Below, piece by piece: positions 27,649 to 37,626 of a DNA stretch of 64,000 nucleotides; within the stretch, counting starts at the first letter, position 1; the number at the start of each line of letters is the position of its first letter. A program made the position numbers and the translations under genes. The notes below the pieces were generated by a model, which did no database searches, had not been told where the DNA came from, and saw nothing but the letters and a program-made list of their open reading frames with translations. This DNA comes from Shigella phage KRT47: the sequence record MN781580; one strand, given 5' to 3'.

Positions 27649-27675
27649 GTTATTCTCCTCTTAACTGATAGAAAA

Positions 27676-27705
27676 ATTATACCACAGTCAAGAGGAAAAG
27701 TAAAC
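27676..27705 (-). promoter_or_regulatory. early promoter for regB
   Basis: minus strand GTTTAC, 18 nt, TATAAT, followed by AGGAG RBS and the regB ATG. Confidence 0.7.
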
Positions 27706-27707
27706 AG

Positions 27708-27986
27708 TTATTCTTTAAATCTAATCAATTTATTCATAGACTTTGAAACTTCTGCACGAACCTCATGTAGGTTTTTGAGCTGTTCAAGACGCTGCTCATA
27801 GTAAGCAATTTCATCTTCTTCGAGACAGTCCTGTGAATCTTCTTTAAGATAACGTGCATAGTCCTGGAAAGCTTTACGGACTACTTCCTGGAAGTCATCA
27901 AGACTTTGAATTTTCTTAGGAGCAACAGATACACGACGAGGGGCAGTATAATACTCATAACCAAACCCTGCGCTTAATTGAGCCAT
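27708..27986 (-). CDS. hypothetical small protein
   Basis: start at [13 protein letters not shown] Met giving TAATG overlap. Confidence 0.5.
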   Translation of the reverse strand: MAQLSAGFGYEYYTAPRRVSVAPKKIQSLDDFQEVVRKAFQDYARYLKEDSQDCLEEDEIAYYEQRLEQLKNLHEVRAEVSKSMNKLIRFKE

Positions 27987-28252
27987 TAATATTTTTCCTC
28001 TGGTTGGAACACAGCACGACAAGCCCACATACTGGCTTCTTTGAGTTTCGTTTTAGCAATAGTTAACTGATCGAGGCTTTCAGCATAATTCTTTGCGAAT
28101 TCACAGTCTTCACAATTATTTAGTGCTTCCCAGAATTCATCATATAAAGCATCAAAGATAAGTCCCAAACGAACTTCAGCGTCTTTGATAGCATTCACTT
28201 TACCGATTTTCTCTTCAGTGTGCGGCTTATAACCTTTAATGTCTTCAATCAT
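27986..28252 (-). CDS. hypothetical small protein
   Basis: start at MIEDIKGYK Met; 88 aa. Confidence 0.5.
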   Translation of the reverse strand: MIEDIKGYKPHTEEKIGKVNAIKDAEVRLGLIFDALYDEFWEALNNCEDCEFAKNYAESLDQLTIAKTKLKEASMWACRAVFQPEEKY

Positions 28253-28466
28253 ATTTGACTTCCTCACCAGTACATAAATCATATTCAACTAAACGAATAG
28301 GTTCATGAATGCCATATCCTTGAACAGAAATTTCTGTCGTAGGATAAATTCCATCAATATCACCCATATTCCATGCTTCATTAAATTGTTGTTCGCCTGA
28401 ATTACTAAACCATTCGGCGAAAGCATTTAGCACATCTTTAGAACCTTCAATAATTATCTTTGCCAT
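28245..28466 (-). CDS. hypothetical small acidic protein
   Basis: 73-aa ORF. Confidence 0.55.
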   Translation of the reverse strand: MAKIIIEGSKDVLNAFAEWFSNSGEQQFNEAWNMGDIDGIYPTTEISVQGYGIHEPIRLVEYDLCTGEEVKYD

Positions 28467-28828
28467 TACAAACTCTCAGTAAAGGTACGAGCGATAACGT
28501 CGCGCTGCTGTTCCGGAGTCAGAGAGTTAAAGCGAACTGCATAACCGGATACACGGATGGTCAGCTGCGGATATTTTTCCGGATGCTTAACTGCATCTTC
28601 CAGAGTTTCGCGACGCAGAACGTTAACGTTCAGGTGTTGACCACCTTCAATTTTAACTGTAGGCTGTGGTTCAATTTCAATTTCACGGGCATGCAAACCG
28701 TAGAAAATTTCTGGGTCTACAAAAGAGTCCTCTTTAAAGGTTTTAGAGACAATAATTCGTGCTTGAATACCATCTTCAAAATAAATAGTACCTTTATGCG
28801 TGCCTTCAAGAATTTGATATGCTTTCAT
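28466..28828 (-). CDS. autonomous glycyl radical cofactor (GrcA/YfiD-like)
   Basis: 120 aa; C-terminal half matches the conserved glycyl-radical domain ([10 protein letters not shown] ... [11 protein letters not shown]). Confidence 0.85.
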   Translation of the reverse strand: MKAYQILEGTHKGTIYFEDGIQARIIVSKTFKEDSFVDPEIFYGLHAREIEIEPQPTVKIEGGQHLNVNVLRRETLEDAVKHPEKYPQLTIRVSGYAVRFNSLTPEQQRDVIARTFTESL

Positions 28829-28835
28829 ATAAACC

Positions 28836-29165
28836 TCAATTAGAAAATAAATTTATCCAAGATTGTTCTTTAATTAAAAATGGCTCAGAATCATATGCCA
28901 TTAAACTTTGGGTGATTAGTCCTTTAAAAGGTCCATCAATAAATTCCATGGTAAAATATGGAATTTTATTCATTAATCTTGCATTAGGAGCAGTGCACAA
29001 AACTCTGCATCCTTTGAATACGCCTTTTTGTAATTTGTATTGCTTGGGATAAAATTCGCTCAAAATGTTATTATTTGCCAAAATTTCAAAATGATTCACC
29101 AATTTATTTTTAATAGTTTTTGGCGAAAAATAAAGATATTCGAAAAGCTGTGTGTCTGTCATCAT
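28836..29165 (-). CDS. hypothetical protein
   Basis: 109-aa ORF. Confidence 0.6.
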   Translation of the reverse strand: MMTDTQLFEYLYFSPKTIKNKLVNHFEILANNNILSEFYPKQYKLQKGVFKGCRVLCTAPNARLMNKIPYFTMEFIDGPFKGLITQSLMAYDSEPFLIKEQSWINLFSN

Positions 29166-29704
29166 TGCATTCCAATCACAAAAAATTGAGGACGAACTGT
29201 TTCACCTGTTTCAGCATTATAGCTTCGACAACAGTGTTGCACAGTTTCAATATGAATATCGTAAATTTTATCCATATCAGGAGATTTGACAGGCTCATCA
29301 ATTATATACAAAATTCGCGAAAGCGATAAACCTCTGAACTTGCTTCCTTTATTACCAATAAAACTGCGCACAGAATCAGTAAATAAACGAAAACGTATAT
29401 CATCATTAGAATAACGCGAAAATTCCTTTTTAATGTTATTTGCAGAAATTTTAGCGTAAGCTGAAGTATTAGAAAGAACGATAACTGTTCCGCCATCATA
29501 CAACCAATTAGCAGCAAAGTTAGTCACAGCAATTGATTTACCGGATTGACGTCCACCATCTAGTCGAAGTGTGCAATACTGTTTAAGTAATTCTTCAAAT
29601 GGCGGGATATATTCGTTTTTACAAATTTCTTCTACTCTAGCATCAGAATGGTGTGTAAAAGCATTCATCAGGGATAGATAAGGACCAGTTAAAAATGTTC
29701 TCAT
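29162..29704 (-). CDS. P-loop-containing hypothetical protein
   Basis: 180 aa; Walker A-like GGRQSGKS. Confidence 0.6.
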   Translation of the reverse strand: MRTFLTGPYLSLMNAFTHHSDARVEEICKNEYIPPFEELLKQYCTLRLDGGRQSGKSIAVTNFAANWLYDGGTVIVLSNTSAYAKISANNIKKEFSRYSNDDIRFRLFTDSVRSFIGNKGSKFRGLSLSRILYIIDEPVKSPDMDKIYDIHIETVQHCCRSYNAETGETVRPQFFVIGMQ

Positions 29705-29844
29705 TTCTTCTCTCTAAGTTTGGGCCATTCCATGGCGCATGAATTGTCCATTTCTGTATTTACCCATTACCGCACTCAGGCTCGACCTTATTACAGGTTG
29801 GCGGGAATCCCTCACAGAATCATGAGGTCCAGGTTGTTCCCATA

Positions 29845-30318
29845 TTATTTGAACGATTTAACGTACTGAATAGAACCTTTACTATTTACAAAGGCAATTT
29901 TACCATTTTTATTATACATGGTAGCAGTACGTTGATAGCCATAAGTTTGTTTACCAGATTGATAACCAACTAATGCAAAATTATCTTCACCCATTTTATT
30001 CTGTTTAGCGCGAATGCGTTCATGACCATGTGCCATAAGAACCTTAGCGTCGCCAGTTGCAATGGATCTACGAGTTTTTTCATCTTCAACTGTATTAACA
30101 AAGTCGTCAAATGAATCAAATTTAGCATGAGATTTATTATACAGTTTTCCATCTACTGCATAATTATATCCCTGTACATCCATCTCAACTTCTGTACCAT
30201 CATCCAATACAGCAGTGATTTTTTGACCTTTTTTAAATTTCAAAAGATCAGTAAAAGATTCAGCAATAATTTGAGAATTAATAGCTGCTTCAGTAATAAA
30301 TTCTTGATATGTTTTCAT
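29845..30318 (-). CDS. internal (capsid-packaged) protein with capsid-targeting sequence
   Basis: 157 aa; N-terminus MKTYQEFITEA matches the T-even internal-protein capsid-targeting sequence. Confidence 0.75.
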   Translation of the reverse strand: MKTYQEFITEAAINSQIIAESFTDLLKFKKGQKITAVLDDGTEVEMDVQGYNYAVDGKLYNKSHAKFDSFDDFVNTVEDEKTRRSIATGDAKVLMAHGHERIRAKQNKMGEDNFALVGYQSGKQTYGYQRTATMYNKNGKIAFVNSKGSIQYVKSFK

Positions 30319-30334
30319 GTGTATCCTTTAATTT

Positions 30335-30652
30335 TTATTCTTTAGGGAAGTTTTTAGAATATGCATCATAAAGCTTATTTCCAATACGGCGGAAAACTCT
30401 AGCAGCAAAACGATTTTCTGGGTTTTTAATCATGATTTGCATCATATAAGTACCCGCGTCAGAAAGAGCTTCTTCATAGTACCCGTTAATTTCTTTAAGA
30501 GTCCTACGTTTACCACCAGGACCATCAACAGTGATTTTCCATTTACCTGTAGAAGTGCGACTTGGCGGCTCAACTTGTTCAATCCAGATATAACCGCCTT
30601 CTACACGTTGTCCTGCAGCAGATTCTGCAATAAATTCTTTATACGTTTTCAT
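30335..30652 (-). CDS. internal (capsid-packaged) protein with capsid-targeting sequence
   Basis: 105 aa; N-terminus MKTYKEFIAES. Confidence 0.75.
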   Translation of the reverse strand: MKTYKEFIAESAAGQRVEGGYIWIEQVEPPSRTSTGKWKITVDGPGGKRRTLKEINGYYEEALSDAGTYMMQIMIKNPENRFAARVFRRIGNKLYDAYSKNFPKE

Positions 30653-30706
30653 GTGTTTCCTTTAAATATTTTAATTAGTAATTTATCTATTCAAGTAACT
30701 GTGAAT

Positions 30707-30736
30707 ATACTATCACAATTCCAAGAGAAAGTAAAC
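30707..30736 (-). promoter_or_regulatory. early-type promoter upstream of internal-protein gene
   Basis: minus strand GTTTAC, 18 nt, TAGTAT. Confidence 0.5.
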
Positions 30737-30740
30737 AACT

Positions 30741-31709
<969 letters not shown>

Positions 31710-31728
<19 letters not shown>

Positions 31729-32198
31729 TCAGTGATAAAATTATTTAAATTTTGAGTATATTTCTTTTCATCAAAAATCTTTTGCTGCCTACGTAACCGC
31801 CATGGCATTTCAATGAACACGCACCATATTCCTGATAGTACTGCTGCTGTAAAAATATTAACAAGTATAATTAAAAGAATCCAATCTTCCGTTCTGCCTA
31901 CTGGACTTTCTCCAAAGAAGCAAAATACAAATGATGTCACAGGAAAACTAATAATATACCACAGAATAACCTTCTTATCTGTGAACCAATCAGCGTTCGT
32001 TAACTTAGCACGACCATTTTGAATACACACGAATTTATCATCTGTTACAGTAGATGGCTTAACTGCTTGATATCCCATTCTAAACTCCCTAATTAATCGT
32101 TTCTTTGTATCTTCAGAACAGCCGCTCCAGTCAACTCTATCGACTGAAATGCCATCGTCCCCATCATCTAAATCATACCAGCGAGTTTTTAAAATCAT
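31710..32198 (-). CDS. membrane protein
   Basis: 162 aa; two or more hydrophobic helices. Confidence 0.6.
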
Positions 32199-32269
32199 TT
32201 GATTTTCCTACAATCATTCACGAATTCTTTCATTGATTCATTTTCAATATAAGACATGTAGTTATTATA

Positions 32270-32569
32270 TTATTTTAATTGTATTTTGTAATCCTTTTTT
32301 CTTTGCCAATTTATTTTAAAATTATCATAATGAAAATATAAAATGATACTAAAGAATGAAAATAATGAAATTGCTATAGTATAATGAAGTTCACTCCAAA
32401 CTTCTATTATATCTACTATACCGCTGACGTTACTGCGGATGTTTAAAATAATACAGTCAATCATTAATCCAATAAGACTACCAGCAAGAGCTGCAGCCAA
32501 CGCCACAGCAAAAATTAAAAATGACTCAGAAAAAGAATATTTGACTTTATTTAGTTTTGGCTTTTGCAT
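32270..32569 (-). CDS. membrane protein
   Basis: 99 aa; two hydrophobic helices. Confidence 0.6.
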   Translation of the reverse strand: MQKPKLNKVKYSFSESFLIFAVALAAALAGSLIGLMIDCIILNIRSNVSGIVDIIEVWSELHYTIAISLFSFFSIILYFHYDNFKINWQRKKDYKIQLK

Positions 32570-32943
32570 CGTGATTCCTTAACAAATTTCATAATTTCAT
32601 TAAATTCATACATATTTAGTTTAAGCTGGTGTTCCTTTTTAATCTTTTTACACTGAGCTTTCCATTCACGTACACGTTTACGATAATGCCTTCCTTGATA
32701 CCAATATCCTACCCAATTTACAGGTACCAATAAAAATGGAACTACTAATGGAAGAATTAATACTAACAAAAATATTACGCCAGATTCAATATCAGTCATA
32801 AAGTCTATAACCATTCCAACAATCAATAGAATTACAAATGATATAGCTGTCACAGGACCTATTAATACATCAGTAGGAATTAGCTGACGCTTTAGTTCAT
32901 ACTTCACAGGTTCACTTGGAAGGTATAGTGATGGCTTTGACAT
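32551..32943 (-). CDS. membrane protein
   Basis: start at MSKPSLYLP Met with AAGGAA RBS; two hydrophobic helices then basic tail. Confidence 0.6.
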   Translation of the reverse strand: MSKPSLYLPSEPVKYELKRQLIPTDVLIGPVTAISFVILLIVGMVIDFMTDIESGVIFLLVLILPLVVPFLLVPVNWVGYWYQGRHYRKRVREWKAQCKKIKKEHQLKLNMYEFNEIMKFVKESRCKSQN

Positions 32944-33517
32944 ATTCTCTACATTCCTTAACAAATTTTTCTAATAATAAATCGCTTTCAAAATTAGGAT
33001 TTTCTACGAATTTATCAAAAAGATCATCAACAATAGTTAAGATATTCTTTTTACTAAGAATACGTTTATTTTCATGCTTTGTTTCAGAATCAACTATAAG
33101 AGTAAAGAAATATTTCTTTCCCTGAAATTTTACCGTAGTATCAATATAAAATAAATTTGACTTTTGTAAATTACGTTTAAACCATGCGTCACTTAAACTA
33201 TAAACGCCAAGATAATCATAATCGTCGTTTAAATAACAAACCGTCCATTCAGGAGAAATGAAATCAGTAAATTCAACATCAAAATCACATGTCAATGAAT
33301 GAATTGATTCAATACTTTTAATGAGTATTCCAGGACGTATTAAAGACTTTTTACCTTTATAAAATCCAGAAAGACTTTCATCAGTTTCATATGAAGACCC
33401 CCAATAGTAATTACGTCCTTCTGCCATACGTTTAAGAGCATTTAGTAATTGATCTGGAACATCAACCTGTCTTTGGAACTCTTCAAACATTGAATTGAAA
33501 TCACTTTGCATTTTCAT
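32912..33517 (-). CDS. hypothetical protein
   Basis: 201-aa ORF. Confidence 0.65.
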   Translation of the reverse strand: MKMQSDFNSMFEEFQRQVDVPDQLLNALKRMAEGRNYYWGSSYETDESLSGFYKGKKSLIRPGILIKSIESIHSLTCDFDVEFTDFISPEWTVCYLNDDYDYLGVYSLSDAWFKRNLQKSNLFYIDTTVKFQGKKYFFTLIVDSETKHENKRILSKKNILTIVDDLFDKFVENPNFESDLLLEKFVKECREYVKAITIPSK

Positions 33518-33538
33518 TCCTATTTACTCCAAGTAATA

Positions 33539-33552
33539 GGGGCCGAAGCCCC
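33539..33552 (-). terminator. GC stem-loop (ggggccgaagcccc)
   Basis: palindrome immediately 3' of the stop of ORF 33559..34152. Confidence 0.5.
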
Positions 33553-33558
33553 TTATCA

Positions 33559-34152
33559 TTATTTCAGAGAATTAATATATTCCTGGACATCGGCAGAGGT
33601 AGTTTCAACCCCGGAAATATTACCGTTAAAGGTTTCAACTCGAGCAAGGGTATCTTCAATATCAACCTTAGTCAGTGCTGCAATTTCAACTACATCATCG
33701 GCAGTACTAATTCCAAGGGCATTTGCCGCACGAGTTTCACGGATATATTCCAATTTAACTGCAAGTTCTTGACGAGCATCATCTAACTCAACTACTTTCT
33801 TGGCGATTTCAATTCGCATTTCAGCATAACCGTCAGCTTTAGTAGTCAATTGCTCAGATGTTCGACGATATAGTAAACCGAGTTTAGCATGCATTGTTAC
33901 ATCTTGACCTTCGGAAAGAAGTTTTCGAATTTCACGCTCTTTTGATTCGGCCTGTCGATTCTTTTCGATAACAAGTTCACGAATACGTTTTTCTTCATTA
34001 ATAGATTTAATAGAAGCAGTTTTTAGATCTTTAATTTTATCAAGTAGTTTTGCTGCTGCAGCAGTATACTGTTCTTCAACAGATAGATTTTTAGCCATAG
34101 CAGAACCAAGTTTAGTGCGAATAAACTCAACAATTTTCTTCAGTGTGTTCAT
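33559..34152 (-). CDS. coiled-coil protein (PspA/IM30-like architecture, unverified)
   Basis: 197 aa, almost entirely heptad-like and charged. Confidence 0.6.
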   Translation of the reverse strand: MNTLKKIVEFIRTKLGSAMAKNLSVEEQYTAAAAKLLDKIKDLKTASIKSINEEKRIRELVIEKNRQAESKEREIRKLLSEGQDVTMHAKLGLLYRRTSEQLTTKADGYAEMRIEIAKKVVELDDARQELAVKLEYIRETRAANALGISTADDVVEIAALTKVDIEDTLARVETFNGNISGVETTSADVQEYINSLK

Positions 34153-34209
34153 AGTATTTCCTTAGATTGATACAATTAGATAATATCACGTTTTTAATAG
34201 ATTGTAAAC

Positions 34210-34545
34210 TTATTCTTCGTCTATCTCATCGATAAAGACGTCAATGGCCTCGATAACGGCATCATTGATAGCCAATAAAGTAAAATCGTCGTCAGTACCT
34301 TTATAAGATTCTGAAGCATTGATATATGCTTGATTGACGAGTTCCCAAGCCTTTTTAAAATAAGGAGCTTCATCATCAGGACAAATATCCCGCACACCTT
34401 CAAAGATACGATTGGCATAATCTAACACCCATTGTACAGGCATGTTTTGAGAACGTTCGTTAAACTCTTTAAATTCCTTAGATTCAAAAAGCTCTTCAGG
34501 ATAATAATTTCGATTACAAAAAGCTTTACTAAAGTTACGTTTCAT
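34210..34545 (-). CDS. hypothetical acidic protein
   Basis: 111-aa ORF. Confidence 0.6.
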   Translation of the reverse strand: MKRNFSKAFCNRNYYPEELFESKEFKEFNERSQNMPVQWVLDYANRIFEGVRDICPDDEAPYFKKAWELVNQAYINASESYKGTDDDFTLLAINDAVIEAIDVFIDEIDEE

Positions 34546-34600
34546 AATGTTCTCCTCAAGTTACAGGCTCATAATATCTCAATCATGAGCCTGTGTAAAC

Positions 34601-34864
34601 TTATTTCATATTATTGAAATATTCTTCTGCGATTTCGTCGTTATCATGGTAAACTTTAGAAGACAGTTTAACATAACCTTCTGCTGTGAACATGTTAATC
34701 ACAACCTTTACAGTATACCACTGACCGTCTTCATTACCCATTACTGCGTAAGTTTCAAACATCGGATGATCAGGACCGATAACTTTAATATCATTCACTG
34801 TACGACCGAAATCTTCTGAAACGCATTTCATAAAGAAGTTGAACAGTTCGCCGTAATTATCCAT
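34601..34864 (-). CDS. hypothetical protein
   Basis: start at MDNYGELF Met at 34864 after promoter and GGAGAATG RBS. Confidence 0.6.
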   Translation of the reverse strand: MDNYGELFNFFMKCVSEDFGRTVNDIKVIGPDHPMFETYAVMGNEDGQWYTVKVVINMFTAEGYVKLSSKVYHDNDEIAEEYFNNMK

Positions 34865-34908
34865 TTCATTCTCCAAGTTGTTTTTCTGTATCAGTAGTTG
34901 ATAGTTGT

Positions 34909-34938
34909 ATAGTACCATGGAAGAACGGGGATGTAAAC
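34909..34938 (-). promoter_or_regulatory. early promoter within a repeated cassette
   Basis: minus strand GTTTAC, 18 nt, TACTAT. Confidence 0.65.
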
Positions 34939-35104
34939 AGTTTTGTGAAAAAATTTTTAAAAAGTTTTAGGGAATTCTAGGGAGGGAAGGGGCAGTTAAA
35001 GGATAGGATAATATATTATAAAGGGTAGAAACTAAATGATGCCTAGAGAGATCCAGAAAGGCCTAGATGCCAAAAAGCCCTATCATTTAGATAGGGATTT
35101 AAAA

Positions 35105-35668
35105 TTATTTATCTAGTTTAGTTATTATAGCTTCTGCGGCAGCTTTTAGCTTAGATGCGGTGTTAATACGATTTTTAATTTCAGTATACGCATCGCCAAG
35201 AACATCAAGGCTATCAGAATAAACACTTACACTATTGCGTTCGCTATTTGAAATAGAACCTTTAGTTTTACGATCAAAATCGGTGTACACGTCTTGAAGA
35301 TCACGGGCTGCCTTCTTTGCATCATCCAATGCATCAAGAGCTTTATTCAAAGCATTAACGTATTTTTTAGTGTCGAACATATTCTTAGAAATTTTAACAG
35401 GTGCGCGTTCAGGAGTAGCTAACACAGATTTAGGAACCTGAGCGCCAGATGCCAATTTCTTAGAAATTTTGAAAAATGCTTTGTTGAATTTATTTTCTTG
35501 ACTCATTGTAAAAGAACTATTATCGATGTTGTACATTTCAATAGCTTTAGCTTTCCACTTAAGAAAATCGCCGCGGTCTTTTGGGTCCAAGTGGAAAAAT
35601 ACTTTAGTAAGATCTGCTTCAGATGGTAATTTTGCTGCTTCGGTTAAAAATTCGGCATAGGTTTTCAT
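35105..35668 (-). CDS. internal-protein-like gene with capsid-targeting sequence
   Basis: 187 aa; N-terminus MKTYAEFLTEAAK. Confidence 0.7.
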   Translation of the reverse strand: MKTYAEFLTEAAKLPSEADLTKVFFHLDPKDRGDFLKWKAKAIEMYNIDNSSFTMSQENKFNKAFFKISKKLASGAQVPKSVLATPERAPVKISKNMFDTKKYVNALNKALDALDDAKKAARDLQDVYTDFDRKTKGSISNSERNSVSVYSDSLDVLGDAYTEIKNRINTASKLKAAAEAIITKLDK

Positions 35669-35762
35669 TTAAAATCCTTGAAATAATTTATCGGTTGGTT
35701 ATTAATTATTTATTACTTTGTTATTATCCGTAACAGCATTCTCTATGTGATTCAAACTAAAA

Positions 35763-35786
35763 AGCCCCAACCTTTCGGCTGGGGCT
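35763..35786 (-). terminator. intrinsic terminator
   Basis: gcccca...tttc...tggggc hairpin followed by a U-run on the minus strand. Confidence 0.6.
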
Positions 35787-35793
35787 AAGAATG

Positions 35794-36267
35794 TTATTTG
35801 ATTTGTTTAGCAGACCAAATGCGGTCTTTAATAATCTTTTGGATGTCTTCAACATACTCTAGGTCATGAGCATGTGGATTATCTTTGAAACTATAGGCAC
35901 GGGCTAACTTTTGGCCTTCGGTTTTGATTACTAAAAGCTCTTTAAGGATAGCTTCATATTTAGCGATAATTCCTTTAACAATATTTTTTTCTTGTGCAGC
36001 TTTATGATCTGCTTTAGGAGCAGGTTTACCCGAAGCCTTTGCAAAAGCAGCGCCAGTAGCAACTAAACTTTTCCAGGCCATACTAACTGCATTTCCCGTA
36101 AATCCTTCTGCTTTCATGTCGCGAGCAAACTGGAATCGTGATTCGTCAGAAGCATCTTTATAGGAATATTTACCCGCTGCAATGGCTGCTTTTGCGACAG
36201 CTTGAATTTCGGTGCTAGATGCTTCATTTAACACCGCTTCATTTAAAAATTGAGCATATGATTTCAT
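35794..36267 (-). CDS. internal-protein-like gene with capsid-targeting sequence
   Basis: 157 aa; N-terminus MKSYAQFLNEA. Confidence 0.7.
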   Translation of the reverse strand: MKSYAQFLNEAVLNEASSTEIQAVAKAAIAAGKYSYKDASDESRFQFARDMKAEGFTGNAVSMAWKSLVATGAAFAKASGKPAPKADHKAAQEKNIVKGIIAKYEAILKELLVIKTEGQKLARAYSFKDNPHAHDLEYVEDIQKIIKDRIWSAKQIK

Positions 36268-36306
36268 CTTATTTCCTGTTTTAATTCGTGATTTAATATA
36301 CTACTA

Positions 36307-36314
36307 TATTTATA
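36307..36314 (-). promoter_or_regulatory. late promoter (TATAAATA)
   Basis: minus strand TATAAATA about 40 nt upstream of the ATG of ORF 35794..36267. Confidence 0.5.
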
Positions 36315-36320
36315 CCAAAA

Positions 36321-36344
36321 AGCCCCAACCTTTCGGTCGGGGCT
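36321..36344 (-). terminator. intrinsic terminator (second copy of the 35763 hairpin)
   Basis: near-identical agccccaacctttcgg(t/c)(c/t)ggggct hairpin followed by a U-run. Confidence 0.6.
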
Positions 36345-36349
36345 AAGCC

Positions 36350-36655
36350 TTGCGGCAACCTTGTCGGGGTTCCACCTGCTAAGGCAAGTGTTTGTACGAA
36401 ACGCCGGGATTCGAACCCGGTTATTAAGCAGTTGACGCTACTTAATATTTTTAAAAGGCCATATCTCGACCATATCCGAACGTTCCGTCAAAAACGCTAC
36501 TCGGCTTACGGCAAAGATATTTCCTCGAATCGATAATTCGGTGCGCCGTTTCTGCTGTGATGTAAGAGGGCATCAACAAATCATAAAGATTTATTAACAC
36601 GATTCCTTACCCAGGGAACATCAGTCCGACGACTTACCGGTAGCGACCCGGTTTC
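36350..36655 (-). ncRNA. candidate structured small RNA(s) with tRNA-like T-arm
   Basis: about 300 nt without ORF between a CDS and a terminator; minus strand has CCGGG-TTCGAAT-CCCGG T-arm-like element plus a 7-bp pairing resembling an acceptor stem; no CCA, no clean cloverleaf. Confidence 0.35.
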
Positions 36656-37006
36656 TTAATATTCTTTTAAAGCATCAATCTGTTCACGACGTTTACGCCA
36701 TAAATCAATTGCTTCATACGCAGATTCAGCATTTCGAATTGGACGGCATTTATATAAAGACTTGTGATTTTGATATTGCGTAGATAACGGAATTTTATCT
36801 AAAAGGTCTTTACGTTCAAAGTATTCGTAACCATCTAAGCCAAATGAACGATTTTTGAGAAATTGCCAATGACCAAATTCGTTTTGAATATAAATATAAT
36901 CCGCGTGTTGATAAAGTAAATTAATTTCACGAAATGAGATATGTTTTTCATATTCATTGAAGTAAAATGTTAAATCATGAACTACTAAATAAACATTACC
37001 TTTCAT
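36656..37006 (-). CDS. hypothetical protein
   Basis: 116-aa ORF downstream of the tRNA cluster. Confidence 0.65.
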   Translation of the reverse strand: MKGNVYLVVHDLTFYFNEYEKHISFREINLLYQHADYIYIQNEFGHWQFLKNRSFGLDGYEYFERKDLLDKIPLSTQYQNHKSLYKCRPIRNAESAYEAIDLWRKRREQIDALKEY

Positions 37007-37024
37007 ATTTTCCTCACTTATAAT

Positions 37025-37100
37025 TGGTCGAGGCAGTAGGGATCGAACCTACGACCTAGGACTTAGAAGGTCCTTGCTCTTCCTTCTGAGCTATGCCCCG
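37025..37100 (-). tRNA. tRNA-Arg (anticodon TCT)
   Basis: 76-nt cloverleaf on minus strand; anticodon loop CTTCTAA; T-loop GGTTCGATCC; CCA encoded. Confidence 0.85.
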
Positions 37101-37104
37101 TAAT

Positions 37105-37180
37105 TGGGGTGACCGATGGGAGTCGAACCCATGACTACGAGAATCACAATCTCGAGTTCTACCAACTGAACTACGGCCAC
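37105..37180 (-). tRNA. tRNA-His (anticodon GTG)
   Basis: 76-nt cloverleaf; anticodon stem CGAGA/TCTCG with loop TTGTGAT; discriminator C; CCA encoded; no encoded G-1. Confidence 0.7.
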
Positions 37181-37294
37181 ATTAATACCTACTCCAACAA
37201 TCAAGATGTCTTCACACGAAATTAAGAGAAGAGTGATCAGTTCAACCCCGATAATCGCGTCAAGTAGATATTAATGTGACAGTTGTCACAAATT

Positions 37295-37369
37295 TGGCGG
37301 ACGTGATAGGATTCGAACCTATAACCAATCGCTTAACAGGCGATCGCTCTGCCATTGAGCTACACATCC
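37295..37369 (-). tRNA. tRNA-Asn (anticodon GTT)
   Basis: 75-nt cloverleaf; anticodon stem ATCGC/GCGAT with loop CTGTTAA; T-loop TTCGAAT; CCA encoded. Confidence 0.85.
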
Positions 37370-37373
37370 AAAT

Positions 37374-37460
37374 TGGTGGGGAGTGATGGAGTCGAACCAC
37401 CCGAGTCGCAATGACAATGAATTTACAGTCCACACCGCTACCTCTACGGGATAACTCCCC
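37374..37460 (-). tRNA. tRNA-Tyr (anticodon GTA), long variable arm
   Basis: 87-nt type II structure; acceptor GGGGAGT/ACTCCCC; anticodon loop CTGTAAA; CCA encoded. Confidence 0.8.
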
Positions 37461-37469
37461 AAATTAATT

Positions 37470-37544
37470 TGGTGGCCCTGGGTGGAATTGAACCACCATC
37501 TGGCGATTATGAGTCGCTTGCTTGAACCTTCCAGCTACAGGGCC
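37470..37544 (-). tRNA. tRNA-Ile2/Met (anticodon CAT)
   Basis: 75-nt cloverleaf; anticodon loop CTCATAA; abuts tRNA-Thr as in the known T4 Thr-Ile dimeric precursor. Confidence 0.8.
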
Positions 37545-37545
37545 T

Positions 37546-37621
37546 TGGTGCTGATTGACGGAATCGAACCGCCGACCTTCTCATTACAAGTGAGTTGCTC
37601 TACCTACTGAGCTAAATCAGC
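37546..37621 (-). tRNA. tRNA-Thr (anticodon TGT)
   Basis: 76-nt cloverleaf; anticodon loop CTTGTAA; CCA encoded. Confidence 0.85.
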
Positions 37622-37626
37622 AAAAT

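Noticed and set aside
29302-30152. ORFs 29302..29517 and 29970..30152
   Set aside because: Embedded out of frame within the P-loop gene and an internal-protein gene.
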